NCBI GenBank assembly: GCA_964448525.1
Contig: CAYUXB010000001.1
Location: 1-56,196, forward strand
Direction of reading: 5' to 3'
DNA from: an uncultured Acidimicrobiaceae bacterium
GTDB lineage: Bacteria; Actinomycetota; Acidimicrobiia; Acidimicrobiales; VFJN01
DNA length: 56,196 nucleotides
In this document: positions 18,675 to 27,077 of the stretch, one piece after another
Layout of the letters: each line of letters begins with the position of its first letter
Position numbering within the stretch: position 1 is the first letter of the stretch
The notes under the pieces: generated by a model
Seen by the model: the letters and a program-made list of their open reading frames with translations, nothing else
What the model was told of the DNA's origin: nothing
Database searches by the model: none
Made by a program: the position numbers and the translations under genes

Positions 18675-20235
18675 GGCCTCCGCCGGCATGGGCCTCGTCC
18701 GCGCCTGGCGTCGCTCACCGCTGTGGCTGCGGCTCATCTCGGCCATGCTGGTCCTCGCGGCACTGGGGCTCACCCTCACCGGTGCGTTCGGCGTGCGCCT
18801 GCTGCGGGGCTACCTGGTCGACCGGGTCGACGAGCAGATCACGGCGGCCGGCAGCGAGCTGGCGGGCGGCGCCGGCGAGATCGTCGGGTCGGGTCCGCAG
18901 CAGGTGGTGATCCCGAGCCAGTTCCACGTGGTGCTGGCCGACCCCCGCGGGACGACCGCCCGGGTCTGGCCCTCGATGCTGGCCGACTCGACGCCGGTGC
19001 TGCCCAGCTGGAGCATCGAGGAGGCGTCCGATCGCTCCGGCAAGCCGTTCACGGTCGCCGCCCAGCCCGGGAGCGGGTCATGGCGGGCGGTCACCTACCC
19101 GTTCACGGACGGCAGCGGTTCGGTGACCATCGCCGTGAGCATGGAGGACGTCGACGACACGGTGCAGCGGTTGGTCCAGATCGACCTGCTCGTGGGGCTC
19201 GCCGTGCTGGCGGGCCTCGCGCTCGTCGGCTACTCGATGGTGCGCACGGCCCTGCGGCCGCTCGCCGAGATCGAGGTCACAGCGGCAGCCATCGGGAGGG
19301 GCGACCTGACCCGCCGTGTCCCGGACCACCACCCGCGCACCGAGATGGGCCGTCTGAGCCGGGCGCTCAACGCCATGCTCGAACAGGTCGAGCGCAGCTT
19401 TCGCGCCCGATCCGCGTCGGAGCTGCACTCGCGGCGATCGGAGCAGCGGATGCGCCGGTTCGTGGCGGACGCCAGCCACGAGCTCCGCACGCCCCTGACC
19501 TCGATCCGCGGTTTCGCCGAGCTGCACCGCCAGGGAGCGGTGACCGACCCCGACGAGGTGTCGCGCCTGCTCGGGCGCATCGAGGACGAGGCGACGCGCA
19601 TGGGCCTCCTCGTCGACGACCTGCTGCTCCTGGCGCGGCTCGACCAGCCACGCCCGCTGCAGCTCGAACCGGTCGACCTGGCGAGTGTGGCGACGGCCGC
19701 GGTCTCCTCGGCGCGTGCGGCCGCTCCCGACCGCGAGATCTCGCTCGTCGTGCACGGTGAGCCGACCCCGCTCGTGGCGGGTGACGAGCCTCGTCTCCGA
19801 CAGGTGATCGCCAACCTCCTCGACAACGCCTGTGCCTACTCCCCCGCGGGCACCGCCGTGACGGTGCGCCTCGATCCCGTCCGCCTCGACGGGCGCGACC
19901 TGGTCTCGCTGGAGGTCGTCGACCGTGGGCAGGGGCTGGCGCCCGACCAGGCCGAGCGGGTCTTCGAGCGGTTCTACCGCACCGATGCCGCTCGGAGCCG
20001 AGCCCAGGGCGGGACGGGCCTCGGCCTGTCGATCGTCGCGGCGATCGCTGCCGCCCACGGGGGCACGGTCGAGGTGGACAGCGTCGTCGGCGAGGGGTCG
20101 ACCTTCCGGGTGCTGCTCCCCCGCTTCCCGGCGGACGATGCCGCGACGGAGCGCTCCGGCGACGGTGGCCCAGGCGGTCGGGGCCCCACGGACGAGGCCG
20201 CGCCGGACGCCGGGCTGGTTGACTGGCGGCTGTGA
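18661..20235 (+). CDS. Sensor histidine kinase (TM-sensor-TM-HAMP-HisKA-HATPase; MprB/CseC-like)
   Basis: H-box FVADASHELRTPLTSIRG, N-box LLDNACAY, G-boxes DRGQGL and GGTGLGLSIV. The start overlaps the response regulator stop. Confidence 0.92.
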   Translation: MTGTEASAGMGLVRAWRRSPLWLRLISAMLVLAALGLTLTGAFGVRLLRGYLVDRVDEQITAAGSELAGGAGEIVGSGPQQVVIPSQFHVVLADPRGTTARVWPSMLADSTPVLPSWSIEEASDRSGKPFTVAAQPGSGSWRAVTYPFTDGSGSVTIAVSMEDVDDTVQRLVQIDLLVGLAVLAGLALVGYSMVRTALRPLAEIEVTAAAIGRGDLTRRVPDHHPRTEMGRLSRALNAMLEQVERSFRARSASELHSRRSEQRMRRFVADASHELRTPLTSIRGFAELHRQGAVTDPDEVSRLLGRIEDEATRMGLLVDDLLLLARLDQPRPLQLEPVDLASVATAAVSSARAAAPDREISLVVHGEPTPLVAGDEPRLRQVIANLLDNACAYSPAGTAVTVRLDPVRLDGRDLVSLEVVDRGQGLAPDQAERVFERFYRTDAARSRAQGGTGLGLSIVAAIAAAHGGTVEVDSVVGEGSTFRVLLPRFPADDAATERSGDGGPGGRGPTDEAAPDAGLVDWRL

Positions 20236-20483
20236 AACGCTCGATCGACTTCGACTTCGACGACCACCCCGATGACGACGAGGACAAGGCGCGCGTCGCG
20301 TGGGCGGTCGCTGCGGTCGACGACTGCGACGGCTGCGCGGACCTGCGGGTCGAGGTCATGCTCGAGGTCGCCGGCGCCAACGGCACCGGCGTGACCGCGC
20401 ACCTGGCGCCGGAGACCGCTCGCCGGATCCGGGCCGCGCTGGCCACGGCCTTGCGGGAGATCGGGGAGGACGTGGGGTCCTGA
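20232..20483 (+). CDS. Small acidic hypothetical protein (83 aa), translationally coupled to the sensor kinase
   Basis: The GTG start overlaps the kinase stop (GTGA). G/C predominates at third codon positions throughout (my read by eye). A GC hairpin follows directly. No recognisable family. Confidence 0.55.
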   Translation: MKRSIDFDFDDHPDDDEDKARVAWAVAAVDDCDGCADLRVEVMLEVAGANGTGVTAHLAPETARRIRAALATALREIGEDVGS

Positions 20484-20488
20484 GCGAA

Positions 20489-20502
20489 CCCCGCATGCGG
20501 GG
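20489..20502 (+). terminator. Perfect 14-nt GC palindrome CCCCGCATGCGGGG just after the small ORF
   Basis: Read directly from the sequence. It starts 6 nt after the stop at 20481-20483. There is no clear U-tract, which is common in high-GC actinobacteria. Confidence 0.5.
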
Positions 20503-20525
20503 GAATAGATGCATTGAGCGCAAAG

Positions 20526-20553
20526 TTGCACTCGCTGCATCTTTCGCTAGATT
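20526..20553 (+). promoter_or_regulatory. Candidate sigma70-type promoter (TTGCAC-16 nt-TAGATT) for the MFS/TetR operon, overlapping an imperfect GATGCA...TGCATC inverted repeat (20508-20541)
   Basis: Hexamers read directly from a locally AT-richer stretch 45 nt upstream of GTG 20599. The inverted repeat is a plausible operator for the TetR encoded downstream. Confidence 0.4.
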
Positions 20554-20598
20554 GCCTGAGCTTCCCGGCAACACCGCCCCCTCCCCCGAGGCCTGCAC

Positions 20599-22275
20599 GT
20601 GCACACAGACGCCCCACCCTCCCCCGCCCCCGCTCTGTCACACCGGCAGATCCTCATCGTCTTCTCCGGGATCATGCTGGGCATGCTCCTGGCCGCGATC
20701 GACCAGACGATCGTGGCCACCGCCCTACCGACCATCGTCGGGGACCTCGGCGGCCTCACCCACATCTCCTGGGTGGTGACCGCCTACCTGCTGGCCGAGA
20801 CGGTCTCGACGCCGCTGTTCGGCAAGCTCGGCGACCTCTACGGGCGCAAGCGCCTGTTCCAGGCCGCGATCGTGATCTTCATCCTGGGCAGCGTCCTGTC
20901 CGGGCTCGCCACGAACATGGGCCAGCTCATCGCTTTCAGAGCGGTGCAGGGCATCGGCGCCGGTGGCCTGATCGTCCTCGCCATGGCGCTCATCGCGGAC
21001 GTGGTCAGCCCCCGGGAGCGCGGCCGGTACCAGGGGTACTTCGGCGCCGTCTTCGGTGTGTCCAGCGTGGCGGGGCCGCTGATCGGCGGGTTCCTGACCG
21101 ACCACCTGTCGTGGCGCTGGGTCTTCTACGTCAACGTTCCGCTCGGCATCCTCGCCCTGTTCGTGACCAGCGCCGTGCTGCCCGCCGCGGTGCAGAGGCG
21201 CAAGGTGCGCATCGACTGGGCGGGCACCACGCTGCTGTCCGCCGCCATCATCTGCCTCGTGCTCTTCACCACCTGGGGTGGCTCGGAGTACGCGTGGGGA
21301 TCGCCCGTGATCATCGGCCTCGGGGTGGCGGCGGTCGTCCTCGGCCTCGCCTTCGTGGCGGTCGAGCGCCGGGTCGACGAACCCGCCATCCCGCTGCGGC
21401 TGTTCCGCATCCGCACGTTCCTCATCGCCGCCGGCGTCAGCTTCGTCATCGGCGTCGGCCTGTTCGGCTCCATCACGTACCTGCCGACGTTCCTCCAGGT
21501 CGCCAACGGCGCCTCCGCCAGCAACTCCGGGCTCCTGCTCGTGCCCATGATGGGTGGTCTGCTGGTGTCGTCGATCACCGCTGGGCGGATCATCACGCGC
21601 ACCGGCCGGTACCGGCACTTCCCGATCGTCGGCATGGCGGTCGCCAGCGTCGGCATGTTCCTGCTCTCCACCCTCGGCACGGACTCGAGCCGCTGGGAAT
21701 CCGGGGTCTACATGGTCGTGCTCGGCGCCGGCATCGGGATGGTGATGCAGATCATCGTGCTCGCCACCCAGAACGAGGCGCCCATCGCGGATCTCGGTGT
21801 GGCCACGTCGACGGTCACGTTCTTCCGGGCCGTCGGCGGGTCGATCGGCGTCGCTGTCGCGGGCGCGCTGTTCAACACCCGGCTGACGGACCTGCTCGGC
21901 GGCGCCGCACCGACCGGCATGACGCCCGAGGAGCTCGGTGGACTCGCCCCCGCCGAGGCGGCGCAGATGGCCGGCGCGTTCGCCGATGCGATCACGATGG
22001 TCTTCCGCTACGCCGTGCCGTTGTTCGTGGTCGGATTCCTCCTGACGTGGTTGCTCAAGGAGATTCCCCTGCGGTCGATCAAGGCGCCGGCGCCCGCGCC
22101 CTCCCCCGCGGACGAGCCCGGCTCGGCGTCCCCGGCCGCGGCTGCTCCCGTGCCCGCACCATCGGCCCCGGGCGGCAACGGCAGCACCGACGGCAGCGGA
22201 TCGCCGACGGTTGTCACGGACGACCCCGCAGACCTGGTGGACTGGGGCGAGGCATCGGTGGCGACAGGGGGCTGA
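20599..22275 (+). CDS. MFS transporter, DHA2 (EmrB/QacA-like, about 14 TMS) drug:H+ antiporter family
   Basis: IVATALPTIVGDLGG, LFGKLGDLYGRKRLF (motif A-like), and about 14 hydrophobic segments with a Pro/Ala-rich tail. Confidence 0.9.
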   Translation: MHTDAPPSPAPALSHRQILIVFSGIMLGMLLAAIDQTIVATALPTIVGDLGGLTHISWVVTAYLLAETVSTPLFGKLGDLYGRKRLFQAAIVIFILGSVLSGLATNMGQLIAFRAVQGIGAGGLIVLAMALIADVVSPRERGRYQGYFGAVFGVSSVAGPLIGGFLTDHLSWRWVFYVNVPLGILALFVTSAVLPAAVQRRKVRIDWAGTTLLSAAIICLVLFTTWGGSEYAWGSPVIIGLGVAAVVLGLAFVAVERRVDEPAIPLRLFRIRTFLIAAGVSFVIGVGLFGSITYLPTFLQVANGASASNSGLLLVPMMGGLLVSSITAGRIITRTGRYRHFPIVGMAVASVGMFLLSTLGTDSSRWESGVYMVVLGAGIGMVMQIIVLATQNEAPIADLGVATSTVTFFRAVGGSIGVAVAGALFNTRLTDLLGGAAPTGMTPEELGGLAPAEAAQMAGAFADAITMVFRYAVPLFVVGFLLTWLLKEIPLRSIKAPAPAPSPADEPGSASPAAAAPVPAPSAPGGNGSTDGSGSPTVVTDDPADLVDWGEASVATGG

Positions 22276-22279
22276 CGAC

Positions 22280-22897
22280 GTGAGTGTGGGTCTGCGGGAG
22301 CGGAAGAAGGCCGAGACGCGGCGGGCACTGTCGTCCGCAGCGGTGCGCCTGGCACGGGAGCTCGGCCCCGATGGCGTGACCGTCGAGGCCATCGCCGAGG
22401 CCGCCGGCGTGTCGCCGCGGACGTTCTTCAACTACTTCTCCACCAAGGACGACGCCATCCTCGGCATCTCCCCGTCCGATCCGCCCGACATGCTGAACGA
22501 CCTACTCGACAGGCCTGCGGACGAGAGCCCCCTCGACGCCCTGCGGGGCATGGCCCTGGCCGCGGCGTCCCGGCTGGAGTCGACGGCCGACGAGCAGATG
22601 GCCCGCTACGAACTGGCCCAGGAGCACCCGGCGCTCGCCATCAGGCGAGCCGCCCGCTTCTCGGAGGTCGAGCGCCAGCTGGCCGAGGAGATCGCCCGGC
22701 GGACAGGGCACGATGTCGACCGCGACCCGTTCCCCAGCCTCGTGGTCGCGGCCGCGATCGCGGCCCTGCGGATCGCGGTCGGGATCTGGAACGAGACCGG
22801 TCGCGCCGCACCGATCAACGCGGTCATCGGCGACACTTTCGACCAGCTGGCCACCGGCTTCGACGTGGGCGCAGCGCGCAGCGCGGTGCCAGGCTGA
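22280..22897 (+). CDS. TetR/AcrR-family transcriptional regulator
   Basis: GTG 22280 gives VSVGLRERKKAETRRALSSAAVRLARELGPDGVTVEAIAEAAGVSPRTFFNYF, a TetR helix-turn-helix. It lies 4 nt after the MFS stop. Confidence 0.9.
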   Translation: MSVGLRERKKAETRRALSSAAVRLARELGPDGVTVEAIAEAAGVSPRTFFNYFSTKDDAILGISPSDPPDMLNDLLDRPADESPLDALRGMALAAASRLESTADEQMARYELAQEHPALAIRRAARFSEVERQLAEEIARRTGHDVDRDPFPSLVVAAAIAALRIAVGIWNETGRAAPINAVIGDTFDQLATGFDVGAARSAVPG

Positions 22898-22935
22898 CTC
22901 AGCGGGTGAATAATCGACCCTTAGCGTCAATAAGA

Positions 22936-22965
22936 TTGGCCCAGCGCCGGGCCTCGGTTTATAGT
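22936..22965 (+). promoter_or_regulatory. Candidate promoter TTGGCC-18 nt-TATAGT in an AT-rich convergent intergenic region
   Basis: Hexamers read directly. The region 22906-22970 is conspicuously AT-richer than its surroundings. It points into the hairpin at 22975-23019 and then antisense into the PPTase gene. Confidence 0.3.
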
Positions 22966-22974
22966 GACGCTCGC

Positions 22975-23019
22975 CGGCGGTGGGAAACGGGGAACCCAGG
23001 ACCTCGACTCCCACCGCCG
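22975..23019. terminator. 11-bp perfect GC-rich stem (CGGCGGTGGGA / TCCCACCGCCG) with a 23-nt loop, abutting the PPTase stop codon
   Basis: 22975-22985 is the exact reverse complement of 23009-23019. It sits between the convergent TetR (end 22897) and PPTase (stop 23020-23022) genes. Confidence 0.6.
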
Positions 23020-23763
23020 CTACGCGTCCCGGAACGGTTCGCCGGATGGGGCACGCCGCGTCATCACGACGCTGACGACGAGGTCGCCCTCACGGCTGCT
23101 GCGCACCCAGAGACCGCGGGCCGAGTCAGGCCCTCGCGCCAACGCCCAGTCGCCGTCGACCTCCCGCACCACGAAGTCCTTGGGGCGTCCCTGCAGGCCG
23201 GTACCGGCCGCCTTGGCCACCGCCTCCTTGATCGTCCAGGCCCGAGTCACCCACGTCTCGCGGTCGATCGCGGCGGCATCGCCGAGACCCAGCTCAGCCG
23301 TGGTCAACGCCAGCCGGGAGAACACCGACCCGCGCCGCTCGACCCGCTCGACATCGATGCCAGCCGCCTCACCAGGGCCAACGGCGACCGCCACCGCGAC
23401 GTCGCTCCGGTGGGCGACCGACACGGCCGGAGCCCCGACCACGCGTCCGCCGCGTCGGATCCGCACCCGCGGGCGACCTGTGGCGTCGTTGCCCACGGTG
23501 ACGTCCCGGACGTCGATGCCGTCGATACCGCGCTCGGCCAGCCAGGCGCACACGGCGACCTTCGCGGCCACCCGCCCTCGCACCCGGTCGTCGCGGGCCC
23601 TGGCGGTCAGGCGTTCGAGCGCCGACCGCTCGCCGCCGCCGAGATGCTCGGCCGCCACGCGGTCACGCTCCGACGCGGACCAGCCCCCGCGCAACATCCA
23701 GTACCCGGCACGGCGCACCACCGTTCCCGCGACGCCTGCCCCCACGATCGACGGCTCGGTCAC
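23020..23763 (-). CDS. Sfp-type 4'-phosphopantetheinyl transferase
   Basis: VSVAHRSDVAVAVAV, GIDVERV (Mg-binding D/E) and WTIKEAVAKAAG (the W/KEA motif). Confidence 0.85.
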   Translation of the reverse strand: MTEPSIVGAGVAGTVVRRAGYWMLRGGWSASERDRVAAEHLGGGERSALERLTARARDDRVRGRVAAKVAVCAWLAERGIDGIDVRDVTVGNDATGRPRVRIRRGGRVVGAPAVSVAHRSDVAVAVAVGPGEAAGIDVERVERRGSVFSRLALTTAELGLGDAAAIDRETWVTRAWTIKEAVAKAAGTGLQGRPKDFVVREVDGDWALARGPDSARGLWVRSSREGDLVVSVVMTRRAPSGEPFRDA

Positions 23764-23788
23764 TAGCGGCCGAGACTAGTGTCATCAG

Positions 23789-23796
23789 GTCAACAA
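23789..23796 (-). promoter_or_regulatory. TTGTTGAC motif copy 1 (minus strand), 26 nt upstream of the PPTase GTG
   Basis: The plus strand reads gtcaacaa. See the finding on the shared 8-mer. Confidence 0.5.
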
Positions 23797-23819
23797 CGGG
23801 TGAAGCAGGGGGAGCTGTC

Positions 23820-24947
23820 ATGGCCCGAGTCCGGCGATCCGACCGGCGCGCGACCGCCCTGGGCCCACCGGTCCGGGAGGGCCTCCACGGCGACGGGGTC
23901 GACCTCGACCGCGTCGGCCACCCGCTCGATCCCGAGCTCGCTCGGGTCGGCGACGCCGTCCGCACCGCCGCCGAGGCCGCCCTGGGCCACCGTCCGGACC
24001 TGGCGGCGTCGCCGGAGCCGGTGCTCGCCGGTTGCGGACCCCACGCCTATCGGGTACGGCTGGCCACCGACGACCCGGCGTGGGCGCGTTCGTTCATCTG
24101 CCGGGCGTCGCCTCCGCCCGTGCTGGGCCGTGAGGCCGCGTGGATCGACGAGGTGCGGTCGGGGGGCTTCCCGGCCCCCGATGTCGTGAGCGACGGCGAC
24201 GGCGACGGTGTGCTCGTGTTCCGCGAGCCCACCGGCACCAACCTGGCCGAACGGATGATCACCGACATGGCGTCGCTGCCGCGCCTCCTGGCCGACTTCG
24301 GCCGTCTGCACGCCGCCCTCCACGCCCTCCCGGTGGCCGGCTCTCCCGACGATCGCCCAGCGTCCCCCGACCCCTCGGCGCTGCACGGCCGCGGCGCCCC
24401 CGCGGGGTCCGCGGGCGTGACCGGCGTGGGGCCAGCATCGCCACCCGCCGGCCCTCACCCGGATGAGCCCGGCGTCGACCGCCAGGTCGCGTGGCTCATC
24501 GCCAACGCACCGGTGCCGAATGAGCCCGCGGTGGGCCACGGCGATCTGACCCCCGCCCACGTGTACCTCGACGGCGACCTCGCCGTCGTCGTCAACTGGA
24601 CGGGGGCCGGCCTGGCCGATCCGGAGCACGACGTCGCCGCCACGCTGACCGGGTTCTGGACGGCCGCCCTCTACGTCGACAGCGCGGTGCAGCGGCGCAT
24701 GCTCAAGATGGTCCGCGACTCGTTGGCGGGCGCGTACCTCTCGGCGTACCGGGACGTCGCGGTGCGACAGCTCGACGACGCCCGCCTGCGCTACCACCAG
24801 GCCTTCCACCTGTGTCGGGTGGCCGCGGGCATCGTGCGCTGCCGGACGCAGGGACCCGACGGGCCGTGGGACACCGCTGCGCACATCGCCCGAGCGGACG
24901 CGGCGCTCGACGAGCTGGCCCGGGAGTTCTGGCGGTTGGCCGACTGA
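23820..24947 (+). CDS. Phosphotransferase enzyme family protein (APH/choline-kinase-like kinase fold)
   Basis: Catalytic-loop-like GHGDLTPAHVYL followed by VVNWTGAGLADPEHDVA. The N-terminal start is uncertain. Confidence 0.7.
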   Translation: MARVRRSDRRATALGPPVREGLHGDGVDLDRVGHPLDPELARVGDAVRTAAEAALGHRPDLAASPEPVLAGCGPHAYRVRLATDDPAWARSFICRASPPPVLGREAAWIDEVRSGGFPAPDVVSDGDGDGVLVFREPTGTNLAERMITDMASLPRLLADFGRLHAALHALPVAGSPDDRPASPDPSALHGRGAPAGSAGVTGVGPASPPAGPHPDEPGVDRQVAWLIANAPVPNEPAVGHGDLTPAHVYLDGDLAVVVNWTGAGLADPEHDVAATLTGFWTAALYVDSAVQRRMLKMVRDSLAGAYLSAYRDVAVRQLDDARLRYHQAFHLCRVAAGIVRCRTQGPDGPWDTAAHIARADAALDELAREFWRLAD

Positions 24948-24995
24948 TCGCCCGGCGACCCGCCTGAGCGCGCCGACTGGCCGACGCAGCTCGGA

Positions 24996-26174
24996 TCAAC
25001 CCCCGACGGCCACCGGCAGGCGTTCCAGGCGATCGGCCGCGCCGGAGGCTCCCCCGGCGGTCGCGAACGACCGGCGGACACGCTCGGCGCCGGCCCGGAG
25101 CGACGGGGCGGTCAGCGCGGCGCCGATCGCGGCGCGCAAGCCCCCGGCGGTGACCCGACGGAACATCACCCGCACCCCCGCGCCGGCCGCTTCGACCTGA
25201 CCCGCGATCGTCGGCTGGTCGTCCCGGATCGGCGCTACGACGAGCGGTACGCCGTGGGCGAGCGCCTCGCACACCGTGTTGTGCCCGCCGTGGCTGACCA
25301 CCGCGTCGAGCCGGGGCATGAGCGCGAGCTGCGGTACGCGAGGAGAGACGAGGACGTTGGCCGGCGGGTCCGGGACCAGGTCCGGTGGGGCGATGATCAC
25401 CCCCCGGGCGTCGGTTCCCGCCAGCGCCTCGGCCGCGGCGGCGAAGAACCGTCCGCCGTTGTGCCAGTTGAGCGTGCCCAGCGAGACGAGGACGTTCGGG
25501 CCCTCGTGATCGAACCAGTCCCAGGGGAACGGGGTCGGATCGGGCCGGTCGCCGACGGAGGGCCCGACGAAGGCGAAGTGGTCGGGGAAGTCGTCGTGAC
25601 CGACGAACTCCGGGGTCGAGAAGACGAGCACCAACCGGGGCGAGAAGCGCAGGTCCACGGCGGCCGCTGTGGCGTCGTCGACACCGGCGCCGCGCAGTAC
25701 GTCCCGCTGCAGCCCGTCCGCCCACTCCTTCACCTTCGGGATCATGTCCATCGGGTCGACGAGCAGCGCCGAGGTCGTGGCGGACGTCGCCCACGGGAGA
25801 CCGTCGGCCAGGGCCACGGCGGTGCCGGCCAGGGCCTGCTGGTCGACGACCAGCGCATCGGGCGCGAACCCGTCGACGGCGGCCCGCACACCCGGCACCA
25901 TGCACTCGGCCAGAGGGACGAGAAAATCGCCGACGAGGTGCTTGAGCGCGGCGGCGCCGCGCAGGTCGTCGGCGCGGGCGTCGATGTGGTCGCGCACCGC
26001 GTCGGACAGCGGCACCGGGATGAACGTCACGTCGTCGGGCAGCACGTCGGCCACCACCTCGGACGGCCCCGCCCACGCCACGTCGTGGCCCCGGGCGAGC
26101 AGCTCGCGCCCGACGGCGATCGACGGGTTCACGTGGCCCACCATCGGCGGGACCACGAACAGGTAGCGACTCAT
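24996..26174 (-). CDS. GT1-family glycosyltransferase (MGT/UDP-glycosyltransferase-like), paralog 1
   Basis: Internal ATG gives MSRYLFVVPPMVGHVNPSIAVGRELLARGHDV. C-terminal nucleotide-sugar motif is VSHGGHNTVCEALAHGVPLVVAPIRDDQP. Upstream ORF residues are R/P-rich. Confidence 0.88.
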   Translation of the reverse strand: MSRYLFVVPPMVGHVNPSIAVGRELLARGHDVAWAGPSEVVADVLPDDVTFIPVPLSDAVRDHIDARADDLRGAAALKHLVGDFLVPLAECMVPGVRAAVDGFAPDALVVDQQALAGTAVALADGLPWATSATTSALLVDPMDMIPKVKEWADGLQRDVLRGAGVDDATAAAVDLRFSPRLVLVFSTPEFVGHDDFPDHFAFVGPSVGDRPDPTPFPWDWFDHEGPNVLVSLGTLNWHNGGRFFAAAAEALAGTDARGVIIAPPDLVPDPPANVLVSPRVPQLALMPRLDAVVSHGGHNTVCEALAHGVPLVVAPIRDDQPTIAGQVEAAGAGVRVMFRRVTAGGLRAAIGAALTAPSLRAGAERVRRSFATAGGASGAADRLERLPVAVGG

Positions 26175-26989
26175 GTCCGCTTGCGGAAGGCCAGCACGTG
26201 GTACTGCCACGCCCCCTCGGTCGCCAGCCTCTCGACCCGGTCGAGGGTCGTCACGCCCTCGCCGGCGCCGGCCTCCCGGTACAGGCGGCGCCGGGCCGGA
26301 TACGTGGGCAGGGTGCCCGCGGTGACGTCGTCGTCGAGCAGGACGTCGAAGCCTGCTCCGCGGGCGAGGCGCTCGTAGCCGGCGGAGGTCAGCGGGGGTG
26401 CCGAGTGGCCGTACCAGTCGCCCGGGCCCAGCTCGTCGGCCTTGGCCAGGAACGTGGCCATGCCTCCCGGTGCGATGAGGAAGTCGGACAGTGCCAGCGT
26501 CCCGCCGGGTGCGAGCACGCGTGCGGCCTCGCGGAAGAACGCCTTGCGACTGGGAAAGTGGAAGATGCACTCGACCGCCAGCACGTGGTCGAGGGAGCCG
26601 TCGCCCACCGGGAGCGTGCATCCGTCAGCGGCGACCAGCGGCGTCTCGTCGGGTGCGAGCAGCCGGCGGGCCCAGGCGAGCTGGCGGACGTCGATGTTGA
26701 GCCCTGCCAGCCAGCACCCCGCGTTGCGTCGGCGGACGTGGCCGATCGTGCCGCCGAACCCGCACCCCACGTCGAGCACGCGGCTCCCGTCGGTCACGCC
26801 GGCCGAGGTCACGATGTGCTCGGTCAGCGCCTCGGCCGCGGTGACGTAGCCCTCGGGAGAGTCGTCGGCGCTGGCGGGATCGGCGTACAGGCCCCAGTGG
26901 AGGTGGTGCCAGAAGGCGGTCGGTCCCCCGTCCTCCATGTGGGAGATCGCAGAGTCGACGTAGGGCAGGTGGACGCCCAACCCGCTCAT
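26171..26989 (-). CDS. Class I SAM-dependent methyltransferase (Methyltransf_11-like; gamma-TMT/EryG-like), paralog A
   Basis: MSGLGVHLPYVDSAISHMEDGG...HLHWGLYADP...VLDVGCGFGGT...ECIFHFPSRKAFFREAARVLAPGGTLALSDF. The stop overlaps the GT1 start (ATGA). Confidence 0.85.
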   Translation of the reverse strand: MSGLGVHLPYVDSAISHMEDGGPTAFWHHLHWGLYADPASADDSPEGYVTAAEALTEHIVTSAGVTDGSRVLDVGCGFGGTIGHVRRRNAGCWLAGLNIDVRQLAWARRLLAPDETPLVAADGCTLPVGDGSLDHVLAVECIFHFPSRKAFFREAARVLAPGGTLALSDFLIAPGGMATFLAKADELGPGDWYGHSAPPLTSAGYERLARGAGFDVLLDDDVTAGTLPTYPARRRLYREAGAGEGVTTLDRVERLATEGAWQYHVLAFRKRT

Positions 26990-27077
26990 CGGGCCACCCT
27001 TCGGGCCGCGCGCAGGCAGCGATCGGCTCGTCGGACCGGGTGACGCACTGTGGCCATGGTTCGCTCGCCTCGCTCTC

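Noticed and set aside
20514-22431. ORFs 20514..22283 (+, 589 aa) and 20725..22431 (-, 568 aa) over the MFS gene
   Set aside because: Only the 20599..22275 frame yields about 14 hydrophobic helices and MFS motifs. The others are R/P/H-rich.
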